DNA of 32,000 nt from an archaeon (GCA_024275415.1 JAJRZD010000024.1:64427-96426); one strand, 5' to 3'; shown: positions 8,223 to 17,293, counted from the first letter of the stretch. The notes: generated by a model from the sequence alone, not told the origin. Numbers and translations: made by a program.

Positions 8223-9125
8223 CTATTTTGCTTTTTGAATGAAACGCACTGTCTTGCCTCGGTAGGGGATTAGACATTGCAGTGCTTGGAAGTATAGCAT
8301 CCCTAACATATCCGCAATCTCATGAAGTGTTCGGTTCCCATCACAAAGTTCAATCACCGCTCGATGTTCCTTTTTGACCTTGCTCAAATCTCCTTCAAAG
8401 ACAGGAAGTTCAATGATCTCTTTTTGGCCGGATGTTTGCTCTTCGGGGCATTCGATCCTGACAATGTGTCGAGAAACGCACCATCTCACAATCTCGCTTG
8501 TTCGGTCAATCGACCTGTCAAGGGTTTGAGCTATCTTTGCGACAGTTCGCTTCTCATCGACCATCATTAGAATATCCATGCCAATATTGGCAAAGTGCTT
8601 CTTTAGTTCCAGATAGAGAGGCGAATCAATTCTCATTGCATCGGAATACCGATCATCTTTGTGGACAATACAACCATGTCGCACATTGATCGTTTCCAGA
8701 GGAACCGTATCAGAGTCGTCTGGGGGGGAAACCTGAGTTTCAGGCGGATGTACCTCCGTACTAGCTTCGTCCTCCGAGTCTGGGATAATAACGGAAGTGG
8801 GTGGAGGAGGCAGCTCCGTGTTCCCGAGAAGTTGAATGACATCAGAGGTCTTCTGCAATGCACCACCCAATGACTCCTCAGCGATGAAAAGAACACCGAG
8901 TACCCAATTCGAGTCGACTCGTGCTAAAACGACGGTGCCTTCGCCCGTCATCACATTCATCAATTTAAGTGATTTCGAGTGAATCTTCATGGTTCCTCGA
9001 ATGACCGGAAGCGTTTCTTCTGGCAGGGAGAATGAAAGGAACGGCTCACCATCATTCGTGAAAAGAGCATAACCTCTTACGGATTCGTCATATCGTAGTT
9101 TGGTCAACACTCTTTCCAGTTCCAT
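8223..9125 (-). CDS. Roadblock/LC7-like domain + Pro/acidic linker + two winged-helix-like domains, copy B
   Basis: Ungapped paralogy with 5401-6381 (ELERVLTKLRYDESVRGYALFT vs ELERALSKLRFDDQVLGYSLMT; ELPPPP; IELCDGNRTLHEIA). Confidence 0.7.
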   Translation of the reverse strand: MELERVLTKLRYDESVRGYALFTNDGEPFLSFSLPEETLPVIRGTMKIHSKSLKLMNVMTGEGTVVLARVDSNWVLGVLFIAEESLGGALQKTSDVIQLLGNTELPPPPTSVIIPDSEDEASTEVHPPETQVSPPDDSDTVPLETINVRHGCIVHKDDRYSDAMRIDSPLYLELKKHFANIGMDILMMVDEKRTVAKIAQTLDRSIDRTSEIVRWCVSRHIVRIECPEEQTSGQKEIIELPVFEGDLSKVKKEHRAVIELCDGNRTLHEIADMLGMLYFQALQCLIPYRGKTVRFIQKAK

Positions 9126-9162
9126 ATCACATAACTTCCCACATTTGCGAATATGTCATGTT

Positions 9163-10296
9163 CTATCCTGTATTTGGCTTAAGTAATTTTGTGCCATGCT
9201 CAGACAGGGCTGGACTTTCCTCTAGGAAGGTTATAACTTGACCTGTTGTGGGATGCTCAGTGGTGCCAAAAGAAACATACAGGGCAGCAACCGCATTTGC
9301 AAGGGTTAGACGCTCCATGTCTGGCAACCTAGCAAGAAACCCATAGATGGATCCTGCATTCCATGCATCACCAGCACCGCAGAGGATTTTCGATTGCACG
9401 TCAAATGATGGCTGTCCAAGAACCACATCATCTTTCAGGGTAGCAGAGAAGAACGGTGTGTGGAGATCCACCTGTACACCTGTTTCAGCGGCAACATATT
9501 CAGCCGCAGAAATCCATCGCCAAGGTTCTTTGAGAGATTCTCGCCATTTATCAGACCCCCCACTAAGAGCCCATGCATACCAGCACGCCTCGTTCTCATT
9601 CATCCCGATGATGTCAACAAGTCCGTCCAAGACCACCTGTTTCAGCAAGGGTTTGAGGAACTCAGGACGTCCTGAAGGATCACCAGTGTCCATGAAAGTG
9701 ATAGCGTTCCCGCTCTGTCGAATGAATTGAAACAACCCATGTGACAATTCTACAGCATTCTTGTTGTGATTCAGGTTCAGCAGGCAGACCAGTCCACTAT
9801 CTACTATGACGTCCAGATCCGATTCGGTGAGGTCATCGAACCCAAAGGACGAGGCTGAGCCGCTATCACTCACCATCAGATTCACTCTACGACCAGAATA
9901 TTCCAACTCTATCGAAACAGTTGAGGAAAGTCTGCCATCAGTATGAACGTGATCAAGATTGATTGTAGGGGGCATCAACGATTCTAATAGTTTCTTGCCT
10001 TGCAAATCCGTGGTCGCAATCAATACTGGATCCACACCTAGTGAGGATAATGCTGCCGCGGTATTTGCGGAGTTACCCCCTCTGCGGACCATATGCCTTG
10101 ACCCAAGAAGATTCCCCCCACCCTGTCTAGCCAAGGATTCGAGTCCATCAATGAATGAGTTGAAATCATCAGCTATAACAAAGAAGTCCAAAAAGAAATC
10201 TGGTAGAATGACGGGGTGTTTGGTAAAGCAGGGCGTCTTCAGAGATTCAATGAGGGAATCGCAACTCTTCATGATTCCCTCAGAGAAGGACTTCAT
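9163..10296 (-). CDS. PfkB family carbohydrate/nucleoside kinase
   Basis: N-terminal GGNSANTAAALSSLG and C-terminal anion-hole motif CGAGDAWNAG. Confidence 0.88.
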   Translation of the reverse strand: MKSFSEGIMKSCDSLIESLKTPCFTKHPVILPDFFLDFFVIADDFNSFIDGLESLARQGGGNLLGSRHMVRRGGNSANTAAALSSLGVDPVLIATTDLQGKKLLESLMPPTINLDHVHTDGRLSSTVSIELEYSGRRVNLMVSDSGSASSFGFDDLTESDLDVIVDSGLVCLLNLNHNKNAVELSHGLFQFIRQSGNAITFMDTGDPSGRPEFLKPLLKQVVLDGLVDIIGMNENEACWYAWALSGGSDKWRESLKEPWRWISAAEYVAAETGVQVDLHTPFFSATLKDDVVLGQPSFDVQSKILCGAGDAWNAGSIYGFLARLPDMERLTLANAVAALYVSFGTTEHPTTGQVITFLEESPALSEHGTKLLKPNTG

Positions 10297-10300
10297 CCTC

Positions 10301-10498
10301 TTAGACTTTGTTCAGGGCGGCCTTGACCATTGCTGTGAGCCTGTCAGCATCAATTCCTGACTTGTTCGATATCTTATCGATATCACAGTATGCCAAATCT
10401 TCAAGTGTGGTAATCCCAGCAGCAACTAGTGCTTCGGCATCGGCCTTCTTCACTGCCTTAAGTGACGAGAGCTCTGTGACAGCATCTGGAGCAACTGG
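10301..10498 (-). other. Helix-hairpin-helix domain reading frame continuing in-frame after the rpl13e TAA
   Basis: Manual translation: PVAPDAVTELSSLKAVKKADAEALVAAGITTLEDLAYCDIDKISNKSGIDADRLTAMVKAALNKV* (65 aa). HhH_5/Rad51-N-like pattern, with no start codon ahead of the domain. Confidence 0.8.
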
Positions 10499-10747
10499 TT
10501 ACGCCTCTTCTTCTGCAAGAAGTGCTTCGACAACTTCTTCCATTTCCTTCACATAGTTCTTCAGAATCTCAACATTCTGAGGGTGCATGGTCTTTCTGCG
10601 AAGATCGACAATAAGACCCATGTCTCGTGCCTCTTTGATTGTCAGACCAGCATCTGCAAGCTCACCCTTGGTAAATCCTCTTCCCCTACGGAACTTGGCA
10701 TCATCGGGGGATTTCACAACTGGTTCTACAGCAATGTCGAAGCTCAT
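10499..10747 (-). CDS. rpl13e: 50S ribosomal protein L13e
   Basis: PVVKSP...RRGRGFTKGELADAGLTIKEARDMGLIVDLRRKTMHPQNVEILK matches the L13e RxGRGFSxxEL...VDxRRxxxxxxN pattern. Confidence 0.93.
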   Translation of the reverse strand: MSFDIAVEPVVKSPDDAKFRRGRGFTKGELADAGLTIKEARDMGLIVDLRRKTMHPQNVEILKNYVKEMEEVVEALLAEEEA

Positions 10748-11212
10748 TTAACTGACCACCTGACTTTGCTCACCCCTCGCGGTTTGCTTATTAGCCTTTC
10801 GAGATGGCAACGAGGATGTCAGCCTAAAGTTTCTGAACTGTTTGATGGGATACAGAAGACAAAAATTTCAATCTGCCACTGATTTTAATCGATTGTCGCA
10901 TTGTGCGAGAACCTCCCGTAAGATTTCGCTTTCCGAAAATCACTTGTTCCAAAAGTATGCTTAGACTTCCCAGGATCCACCATGTACCATGCCCCCTATC
11001 CACCACCATTATGTTTCCCATTATTGCTAACAAAAACCATAGGGCCAGTGGCTCTTTTCGTCCCACCTGCCACCCTTATGGTAACAGTTTCAACATCTTA
11101 TTCGTATCAGTTTTAACCAATAGATAATTACGAATCTTATTTAGAGAACATCACAGAGGTTCAATAAAATCAAGAATATCATTCATCCGTTATTGCAAGT
11201 GTACAATGCTGG

Positions 11213-11635
11213 TTATTGTATACAGACATCACAGAAAGGGGGTGCTTTAGGAATTTGAGCCCCCCATAATTTTCTAATTAATGATTGAGCGATATTTTTC
11301 CATAATTTCACATTCCATTCATCCAGCTTTATCCTATCACAATAGCAATAATCAGCAGATACTCTGGCAATCCGCAATTCCTTGAGTTTGTCTTTTATCC
11401 CCGGCCCGTCATCTGTTCGTTTATCTCTAATGTCTTTTTCAATTTGTTTGTAATCCTCAGCAGATTGATTATATTCATATCCTTCCTCCTGTAACCACCA
11501 TTTCGTACACACGTATGCCGCCAAATAGCTGCGATTGACTGCCGCTCTAAGATATCCCTCATCTCTACTATTTCGGTACAGTTTCAAAAGAACATCGCAC
11601 ATATCCAGAAAAGAAACAGGATTGAAAGAATTCAT
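11213..11635 (-). CDS. HEPN-domain protein (COG1895-like)
   Basis: FNPVSFLD...EGYLRAAVNRSYLAAY...LKELRIARVSADY matches the RxAxxRxYYAA / LxxLRxxRxxADY HEPN pattern. ATGA overlap with the upstream gene. Confidence 0.7.
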   Translation of the reverse strand: MNSFNPVSFLDMCDVLLKLYRNSRDEGYLRAAVNRSYLAAYVCTKWWLQEEGYEYNQSAEDYKQIEKDIRDKRTDDGPGIKDKLKELRIARVSADYCYCDRIKLDEWNVKLWKNIAQSLIRKLWGAQIPKAPPFCDVCIQ

Positions 11636-12372
11636 ATAGTCCCTCCGGGTGGAGCAATTGTTACACTAATATTGGGAAGAATTGATTCTGCAATATATTG
11701 ATAGGAATCTTTCTGCTTCGCCCAGTTTTGAAGGGTTATATCTACTATGCTGCTAATCTTATCCCATATATCCATCAATGAATCAAAGTCAATTAGATCA
11801 TATTCCACCCTAAGTCTTACATCGAAATCGACACATTCTGGATCCTTTGTGATAATAACCTTAATTTGTCTTCCAAACCTATCGTCAAGTTCGCTTTCAA
11901 CTGTTTCTATCCCAACGGAAATTGCTTCGGCAAGAAGTGCGTTCTTTTTTAGAATTACACCAGTACTTTCATCGATGTATTGCTTTTTTACTAACCATGA
12001 AACCACATCTCGGTCACTCGTGCGACCGTTGGAAAAATTCCCTAAGCGGTTTTCAATAAATGACAACCATTCAGGATACAATGGTTCAAGAATGTGCCAA
12101 TTTCCTTCTTGGGGTTCCATGCCTCTCAGGACGCTGCTTCTATGAACATGTCTGTAAGATTCTTCATCTACTTCAAGTGAGATATGTACAATCTCGACCA
12201 TATCAAAATAATCGTTATCATAATCATTTTTCAAATCGAATAATCTGGAAATAATCCTGTTGGGAAAAATGTCGAGTTCATTAAAGGAATACATCCATAT
12301 CAGTTCATCAAATATTGAGAGCTCTCGCCAATCTAATGAATCGTCCGAGTTATCATGTAGAATGACTGGCAA
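11632..12372 (-). CDS. Hypothetical acidic protein, middle gene of an AT-rich cassette
   Basis: 246-aa ORF, TTG start with GGTGA SD, translationally coupled on both sides. Confidence 0.7.
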   Translation of the reverse strand: MPVILHDNSDDSLDWRELSIFDELIWMYSFNELDIFPNRIISRLFDLKNDYDNDYFDMVEIVHISLEVDEESYRHVHRSSVLRGMEPQEGNWHILEPLYPEWLSFIENRLGNFSNGRTSDRDVVSWLVKKQYIDESTGVILKKNALLAEAISVGIETVESELDDRFGRQIKVIITKDPECVDFDVRLRVEYDLIDFDSLMDIWDKISSIVDITLQNWAKQKDSYQYIAESILPNISVTIAPPGGTI

Positions 12373-12375
12373 GTT

Positions 12376-13026
12376 CTACTTCACCGCCCCTACTAGCTCC
12401 TGAATTATTTGTGGAATCCTTTTATATAAAGATTTGATTCCCTCGAAACTATTTCGCCTGATTTTGATACTCACCTTAAGATATTGTGGGTTGTGCTGAA
12501 GGGGAATAACTCTAGCATCAAACCATTGGTGTACATCGTAGAGAGGCTTTGTAGGTACTTCTTCTTCATAGGCACACACGCCATAGCTGAAAGGGCGAAC
12601 TTGCATACCAGTAATTGAGTTGAGTCTATCTAAAAGGGTTTGATTTAGGGGTGTACTAAATGTCAAGGGGTGATTGTCAGGACGTACTCTTGAAACATAG
12701 TTTATTTCATAGAAATCTGGTTTTGCTTCGACTAGAGCAGATACTACCGATTGGACATCGGACAGACCATTGATTGTCTTCTCATAGTCAGTACAAAACA
12801 CCCCTGTCACCCCCAAGTCTTCAGCGTATACAGCTTCAATCCCGTTATTCACAAATCGACACGCTACACCTTCTCTACGATCAGGAGTGACAATCCATAT
12901 TCTCGACTGTGTTTCTAGTTCGCGGTAATGGATTTCAGTTATTTTCTTTTTGAAGTCATCCAACATGAATGGATAAGGATTGGGATACACAAGTAATGCT
13001 CTAATTCTTTCAATACTTTCTCGCAT
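12376..13026 (-). CDS. Hypothetical protein, first gene of the cassette; weak TIGR04255-like resemblance
   Basis: 216-aa ORF. FYEINYVSRV recalls the xxGLRYINRI motif of TIGR04255-type proteins; this resemblance is inference only. Confidence 0.6.
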   Translation of the reverse strand: MRESIERIRALLVYPNPYPFMLDDFKKKITEIHYRELETQSRIWIVTPDRREGVACRFVNNGIEAVYAEDLGVTGVFCTDYEKTINGLSDVQSVVSALVEAKPDFYEINYVSRVRPDNHPLTFSTPLNQTLLDRLNSITGMQVRPFSYGVCAYEEEVPTKPLYDVHQWFDARVIPLQHNPQYLKVSIKIRRNSFEGIKSLYKRIPQIIQELVGAVK

Positions 13027-13477
13027 TTATTTTCACATCTTGATGATTCCAATTAAATACTATGGGCTTGGCTTCATACAAAACAATGCTATTTCTAGGA
13101 CATAAGGTTTGTTCGGGTACTGAAGTTCGTTCTCTGGCTATATATATTCATTGACGCAATACTAAGCGAAGCAGAACCTGTTTTATGGAGTGATATTAGA
13201 CATCTCCTGAACCAAGTTGACAGTGCCTGATGTAAATGACTGGCAGGTGGAATATTATGTCAGCTGGATGAGGCAAGTATAGTGTTAGACTTTGTTTATG
13301 CACATCCATACATATCAGACCTACAACATTCGTTGTTGGTGGTTGCTGTATTCCTCTTATGGGACTATATATGGTATTGAGGAAATATAAATCAACAGAG
13401 GTTCAATGTTTCCAATACTGTATCAAACACGAGCTTCAAAAGGGAAAAATAGAACTCTGTCAATCACGGTGTACAAA

Positions 13478-13789
13478 ATGAAAGCTGAAAAGGCCAAAGT
13501 GGAGTTTGCGAACCTTGAAGTTCACATGGGATCACTCAATGAACGGAAGTTCAAGATGAAGTGCAATGCCAACTATGAGGATCTCATGCTTGTCTTGGAT
13601 GGTGGAAAAAGGGTAGCAAGGCTCCACGCACTGAACATAAGGAATGTGCACCTCGAAAGAAAAGGCATCAGGATTTCTGCGATGAACTTCGAGATAAAAG
13701 AAAAGGATGATGTGAGTGTTGTTTCAGGTTCCATCAGATTGGAGCTGGGTGATGCGGCAGAGTCATGGTACAAAGAGCTCTGGGGATGA
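13478..13789 (+). CDS. Small hypothetical protein with PH-fold-like pattern
   Basis: Probable ATG at 13478 after CGGTG. About seven predicted beta strands, ending in the helix DAAESWYKELWG. Confidence 0.65.
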   Translation: MKAEKAKVEFANLEVHMGSLNERKFKMKCNANYEDLMLVLDGGKRVARLHALNIRNVHLERKGIRISAMNFEIKEKDDVSVVSGSIRLELGDAAESWYKELWG

Positions 13790-13866
13790 AGAAAGAGCTC
13801 GAAAAGCAGGATTTTAATACTTCACCGTTTGCGAGAGAACGCCCTTGCGGCAGGGGTTCCAACGAC

Positions 13867-15168
13867 ATGTCTAAGGAAATCAAGTACGTCGAATTTCGGT
13901 TGGTCGATATCCTAGGAAGACTCAAGGCGATGATTGTGCCATGTACGCCTGCTGAAACAATCGATGACCTGCTCAAAGACCCTATTCTTGCAGAAGGTAC
14001 TAGTGTTGATGGGAGCTCCATATTAGGACTCTCAAGAGTCGAGTCTTCAGATCTTAGACTGGAGCCGGATGTATCCACATTGATAGAGATTCCCTACACT
14101 CTGACAAGGACAGCTGCTGCAATGTGTTTTGTAAGGGAGAAGGGTGGCAGGGAAAACGAGTTTTACCCCACAGACACCCGAGGCGTCCTTCACAAGGCCT
14201 GTGAGAATCTGTTGCCAGAGGGCATGACACTCAGGACTAAAACTGAGCCAGAGTTCCATTTTGTGACCGAAGATATGGAAAAGTTCGACGAAGGTGAATA
14301 TGCAGACACATTCCCTGCAAATCCGGGTGCAGAAGTTCTCCTTGAAATCGCTAATCAAATCAGAGAAATCGGCATCAATGTCCGTGTCATACACCATGAG
14401 GTTGGTGAGTCTCAGCAAGAGATAGAGATAGCCTTTGAGGACATCAAGAGAATGGCAGACTATCTTGTGATGTTCAAGAATCTGGCCAGAGCTGTCGCCC
14501 AGGATTCTGGCATCGAAGTGAACTTCATGCCCAAGCCGTTTGGAGGATCTGCGGGGAGTGGTCTGCACTGTCATTTGCAACTTTGGAAAGGAGGGAAGAA
14601 CATCTTTGGTGTTGAGGGAACCGCCAACCTGTCAGATACCGCGAAGAGGTTCATTGCAGGTCTGCTACAACATGCTCCTGCCATCACGGCCATTGCGAAT
14701 CCAACAGTGAATTCCTACAAACGGTTGGTACCACATCACGAGGCGCCAGTGTATATCTCATGGGGAATGATGAATAGAACCACCTTGATTCGTGTCCCAC
14801 TCTTCACTTCAAGCGACAAGGCCGCAATCGAGTTCAGGTCACCTGACCCGATGGCCAATCCCTACCTGCTGTTCGCTGCAATTCTTGCGGGAGGGATGGA
14901 TGGGGTCAACAAAGGGCTTGAGCCTCCAGAGCCTCGAAGTGAGGATGTCTTTGCCCTTTCGGAACAGGAACGGGAAAAACTGGGAATCAGATCATTGCCT
15001 AGGAACCTTGGCGATGCATTGCATGCCCTTAGCAAAGATGAGGTGATAAGGGACGCTCTAGGGAGCGAGATCATAAACAGGTTCATACAAATCAAGAGCA
15101 AAGAGTGGAATGACTACCTGAACGAGGCAGTCACCGATTGGGAGTGGGAAACCTACTCGACCTTATAG
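13867..15168 (+). CDS. glnA: Glutamine synthetase, type I
   Basis: VEFRLVDILGRLK, VDGSSI, TEPEF, HHEVGESQQEI, FMPKP..GSAGSGLHCH, NSYKRLVP, NRTTLIRVP, IEFRSPDPMANPYL. Start placed at ATG 13867. Confidence 0.96.
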   Translation: MSKEIKYVEFRLVDILGRLKAMIVPCTPAETIDDLLKDPILAEGTSVDGSSILGLSRVESSDLRLEPDVSTLIEIPYTLTRTAAAMCFVREKGGRENEFYPTDTRGVLHKACENLLPEGMTLRTKTEPEFHFVTEDMEKFDEGEYADTFPANPGAEVLLEIANQIREIGINVRVIHHEVGESQQEIEIAFEDIKRMADYLVMFKNLARAVAQDSGIEVNFMPKPFGGSAGSGLHCHLQLWKGGKNIFGVEGTANLSDTAKRFIAGLLQHAPAITAIANPTVNSYKRLVPHHEAPVYISWGMMNRTTLIRVPLFTSSDKAAIEFRSPDPMANPYLLFAAILAGGMDGVNKGLEPPEPRSEDVFALSEQEREKLGIRSLPRNLGDALHALSKDEVIRDALGSEIINRFIQIKSKEWNDYLNEAVTDWEWETYSTL

Positions 15169-16319
15169 AAAGAGAAGAACGATGCCATCCTGTCGAATGC
15201 ATCATCGATAGCATCTGCTGTCAGGGGTCCTATGGAAATCCGAACATGACCCTCTCCGGCAGAGCCAAAGATATTCCCAGGCAGCACGAGTACTTTCGTC
15301 GCTTGGAGAAGATCCAACACTAACTTGCCCGAGTCCGTACAGTTGGTGATTTTCGGAAAAAGGTAGAAGGTTCCTTTTGTTCGGGTCACTTCGAAGACAT
15401 CTATCTCACGCGCCCTTAGATAGGCGAAATCACGCAGCATTGCCAGTCGTTGGAGCTCTTCCTCTACCCAGTTCATATCAGACTTCAGTGCCCCCAAGAC
15501 TAGCAATTGGCTTGCAGTCGGGGCACAGATAGAGATGGTATCCTGAACTTTCATGAACTCGTCCATGAATACCGATGGCCCGACTATGAAACCGATACGC
15601 CATCCGCTGAGTCCCATATCCTTGGAAAAACTGCCAAGGACAATGATATTCTCATGACCATCTCGTCGTCGGAGAGGACTGTAATGTTCTGCATCTCCAA
15701 ACACAAGCCGCGAGTATGCTTCATCCGATATCAGTACGAGGTCGTGTTCCAAACAGACATCAACAATTCGGTCAACGACCTTTTGCTCATAGACAGCGCC
15801 AGTGGGGTTATTGGGGCTAACGAGGAGGATTGCCTTGGTCTTATCCGTGATTGCGGCCTCGATTGTTTCAGGGTCTGGAGAGAACCCTGTACCCACTGGA
15901 ACTTCTGTCACAGTCCCTCCTGCCAGCTTTATCGCCATCACCGAGTTGAAGTAGAAAGGAGAGGGGACGATCACATTATCCCCTGCCTCAATGAGTGTGA
16001 AAATTGCTCCTGTGAACGCCTGATTGCCCCCGGCAGTGATGGTTATTTCCTTTTGTGGATCCGCATCTATCCGAGAATGTCTTCGCAAATAGATGGCAAG
16101 TTCTTCCCTGAGTTCTAGATGACCTTGATCTGTGGTATATCGATGGGTGAGAGGATGAGCAATCCTGTCAGTTAGGGAAGACAATACAGTATTCGGGGGA
16201 ACATGACCGGGAAGGCCTTGCCCCATATCGATGAAGTTCGCAGAGCCAACATATCTTCTTGCAGCTTCCGAGAGCTTGACAATTGGGGGTTGTCTGATAT
16301 TATCGGTTCGATATTTCAT
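15153..16319 (-). CDS. PLP-dependent aminotransferase class I/II
   Basis: SPNNPTGAVY, ISDEAY, SFSKDMGLSGWRIG (PLP lysine), GEGHVRIS. Confidence 0.93.
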   Translation of the reverse strand: MKYRTDNIRQPPIVKLSEAARRYVGSANFIDMGQGLPGHVPPNTVLSSLTDRIAHPLTHRYTTDQGHLELREELAIYLRRHSRIDADPQKEITITAGGNQAFTGAIFTLIEAGDNVIVPSPFYFNSVMAIKLAGGTVTEVPVGTGFSPDPETIEAAITDKTKAILLVSPNNPTGAVYEQKVVDRIVDVCLEHDLVLISDEAYSRLVFGDAEHYSPLRRRDGHENIIVLGSFSKDMGLSGWRIGFIVGPSVFMDEFMKVQDTISICAPTASQLLVLGALKSDMNWVEEELQRLAMLRDFAYLRAREIDVFEVTRTKGTFYLFPKITNCTDSGKLVLDLLQATKVLVLPGNIFGSAGEGHVRISIGPLTADAIDDAFDRMASFFSFYKVE

Positions 16320-16461
16320 GGCTTCAACACATCAATGACTGATTTATCTGATAACCATTGCCTTCAGCCTGTAAGGAAACAGATTCATTGGTGACCGATA
16401 GATTGTTCTTGCTCAAGCTTAATAATGCTCTGCACTATCATATACATTAGAAGAGGGTGAT

Positions 16462-17238
16462 ATGGTGAAAGAAGATTGTGAAGTCAGAGTTCTAGGAGCA
16501 CCTGAGGCACAGGTTGTACAAACCAAAGATATCTCCATGGAGAAACCACTCCTAATCTGTGGATTCCCGTCCGCAGGGGTTGTTAGAACAATAGCAGCGA
16601 ACAGTATCATCGAGCAGTTCAAAATGCACGAAGTCGCTCATGTGAGGTCACGATACATGCCGTCAGCTGCCGTGTTCATTGATGGCAGGTTACGACATCC
16701 ATTCAGGATATACGCCAGTAACGAACACAACATCCTTGTTGTGACTACAGAGTTAATGGTAGCGGAGGAAGGGATGTACCATGTCAGTTCAGCCCTTCTG
16801 GACTGGGCTGCAAGTGTAGGTGTCAAGGAAACCGTGGTTCTCGATGGAATCCCTGTCCAGGGAGTTCCTAAAGAACGAAAGGTGTTATTTGCAGCGGAAG
16901 AGGAGAAGATTGCAGAGTTGGAGAAACACAAGGAGATGGAGATATTCCAGAAGGGTATCATCACAGGCATCTCAGGTTCTATCCTTTCGGAAACTCTATG
17001 CAGAGACATGATCGGTATTGCACTTCTGACTCCGGCAATCACAATGATACCAGATCCTGAAGGTGCAGTAAGTCTTCTCCAAGCATTGAACAGGCTATAC
17101 AGCATTGGCGCAGAGGTTGAAGAACTAGAGAAAAGCGGCGAGGTAATCAAGCAGAAGATGCATGAAATTGCTGAACACAACGAGGGACAACGGCGCGGAG
17201 AGATTGCAAGACGAGGATACGAGCGGATGTATGCCTAG
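16462..17238 (+). CDS. PAC2 family proteasome assembly chaperone
   Basis: LICGFPSAGVVRTIAANSII...HPFRIY...VVLDGI...GIITGISGSIL...PDPEGA, C-terminal MYA (HbYX-like). Confidence 0.88.
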   Translation: MVKEDCEVRVLGAPEAQVVQTKDISMEKPLLICGFPSAGVVRTIAANSIIEQFKMHEVAHVRSRYMPSAAVFIDGRLRHPFRIYASNEHNILVVTTELMVAEEGMYHVSSALLDWAASVGVKETVVLDGIPVQGVPKERKVLFAAEEEKIAELEKHKEMEIFQKGIITGISGSILSETLCRDMIGIALLTPAITMIPDPEGAVSLLQALNRLYSIGAEVEELEKSGEVIKQKMHEIAEHNEGQRRGEIARRGYERMYA

Positions 17239-17293
17239 TTTAGAAAGTGTAGCAGTGGTGGCCATATAACGGCTACCTCACTCACATGGAACT

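Noticed and set aside
10824-11127. Short track ORFs (10824-11066 minus, 10903-11127 plus) in the island flank
   Set aside because: No recognisable motifs or convincing SD; likely spurious or decayed sequence.
13030-13470. Long intergenic region with short open frames
   Set aside because: Multiple stops in all frames examined, and no recognisable RNA structure or repeats.
13406-13866. Extended N-termini given by the ORF track (13406, 13765; likewise 29609, 29401, 17902)
   Set aside because: Homology motifs and SD positions point to downstream starts (13478, 13867, 29495, 29608, 17854).
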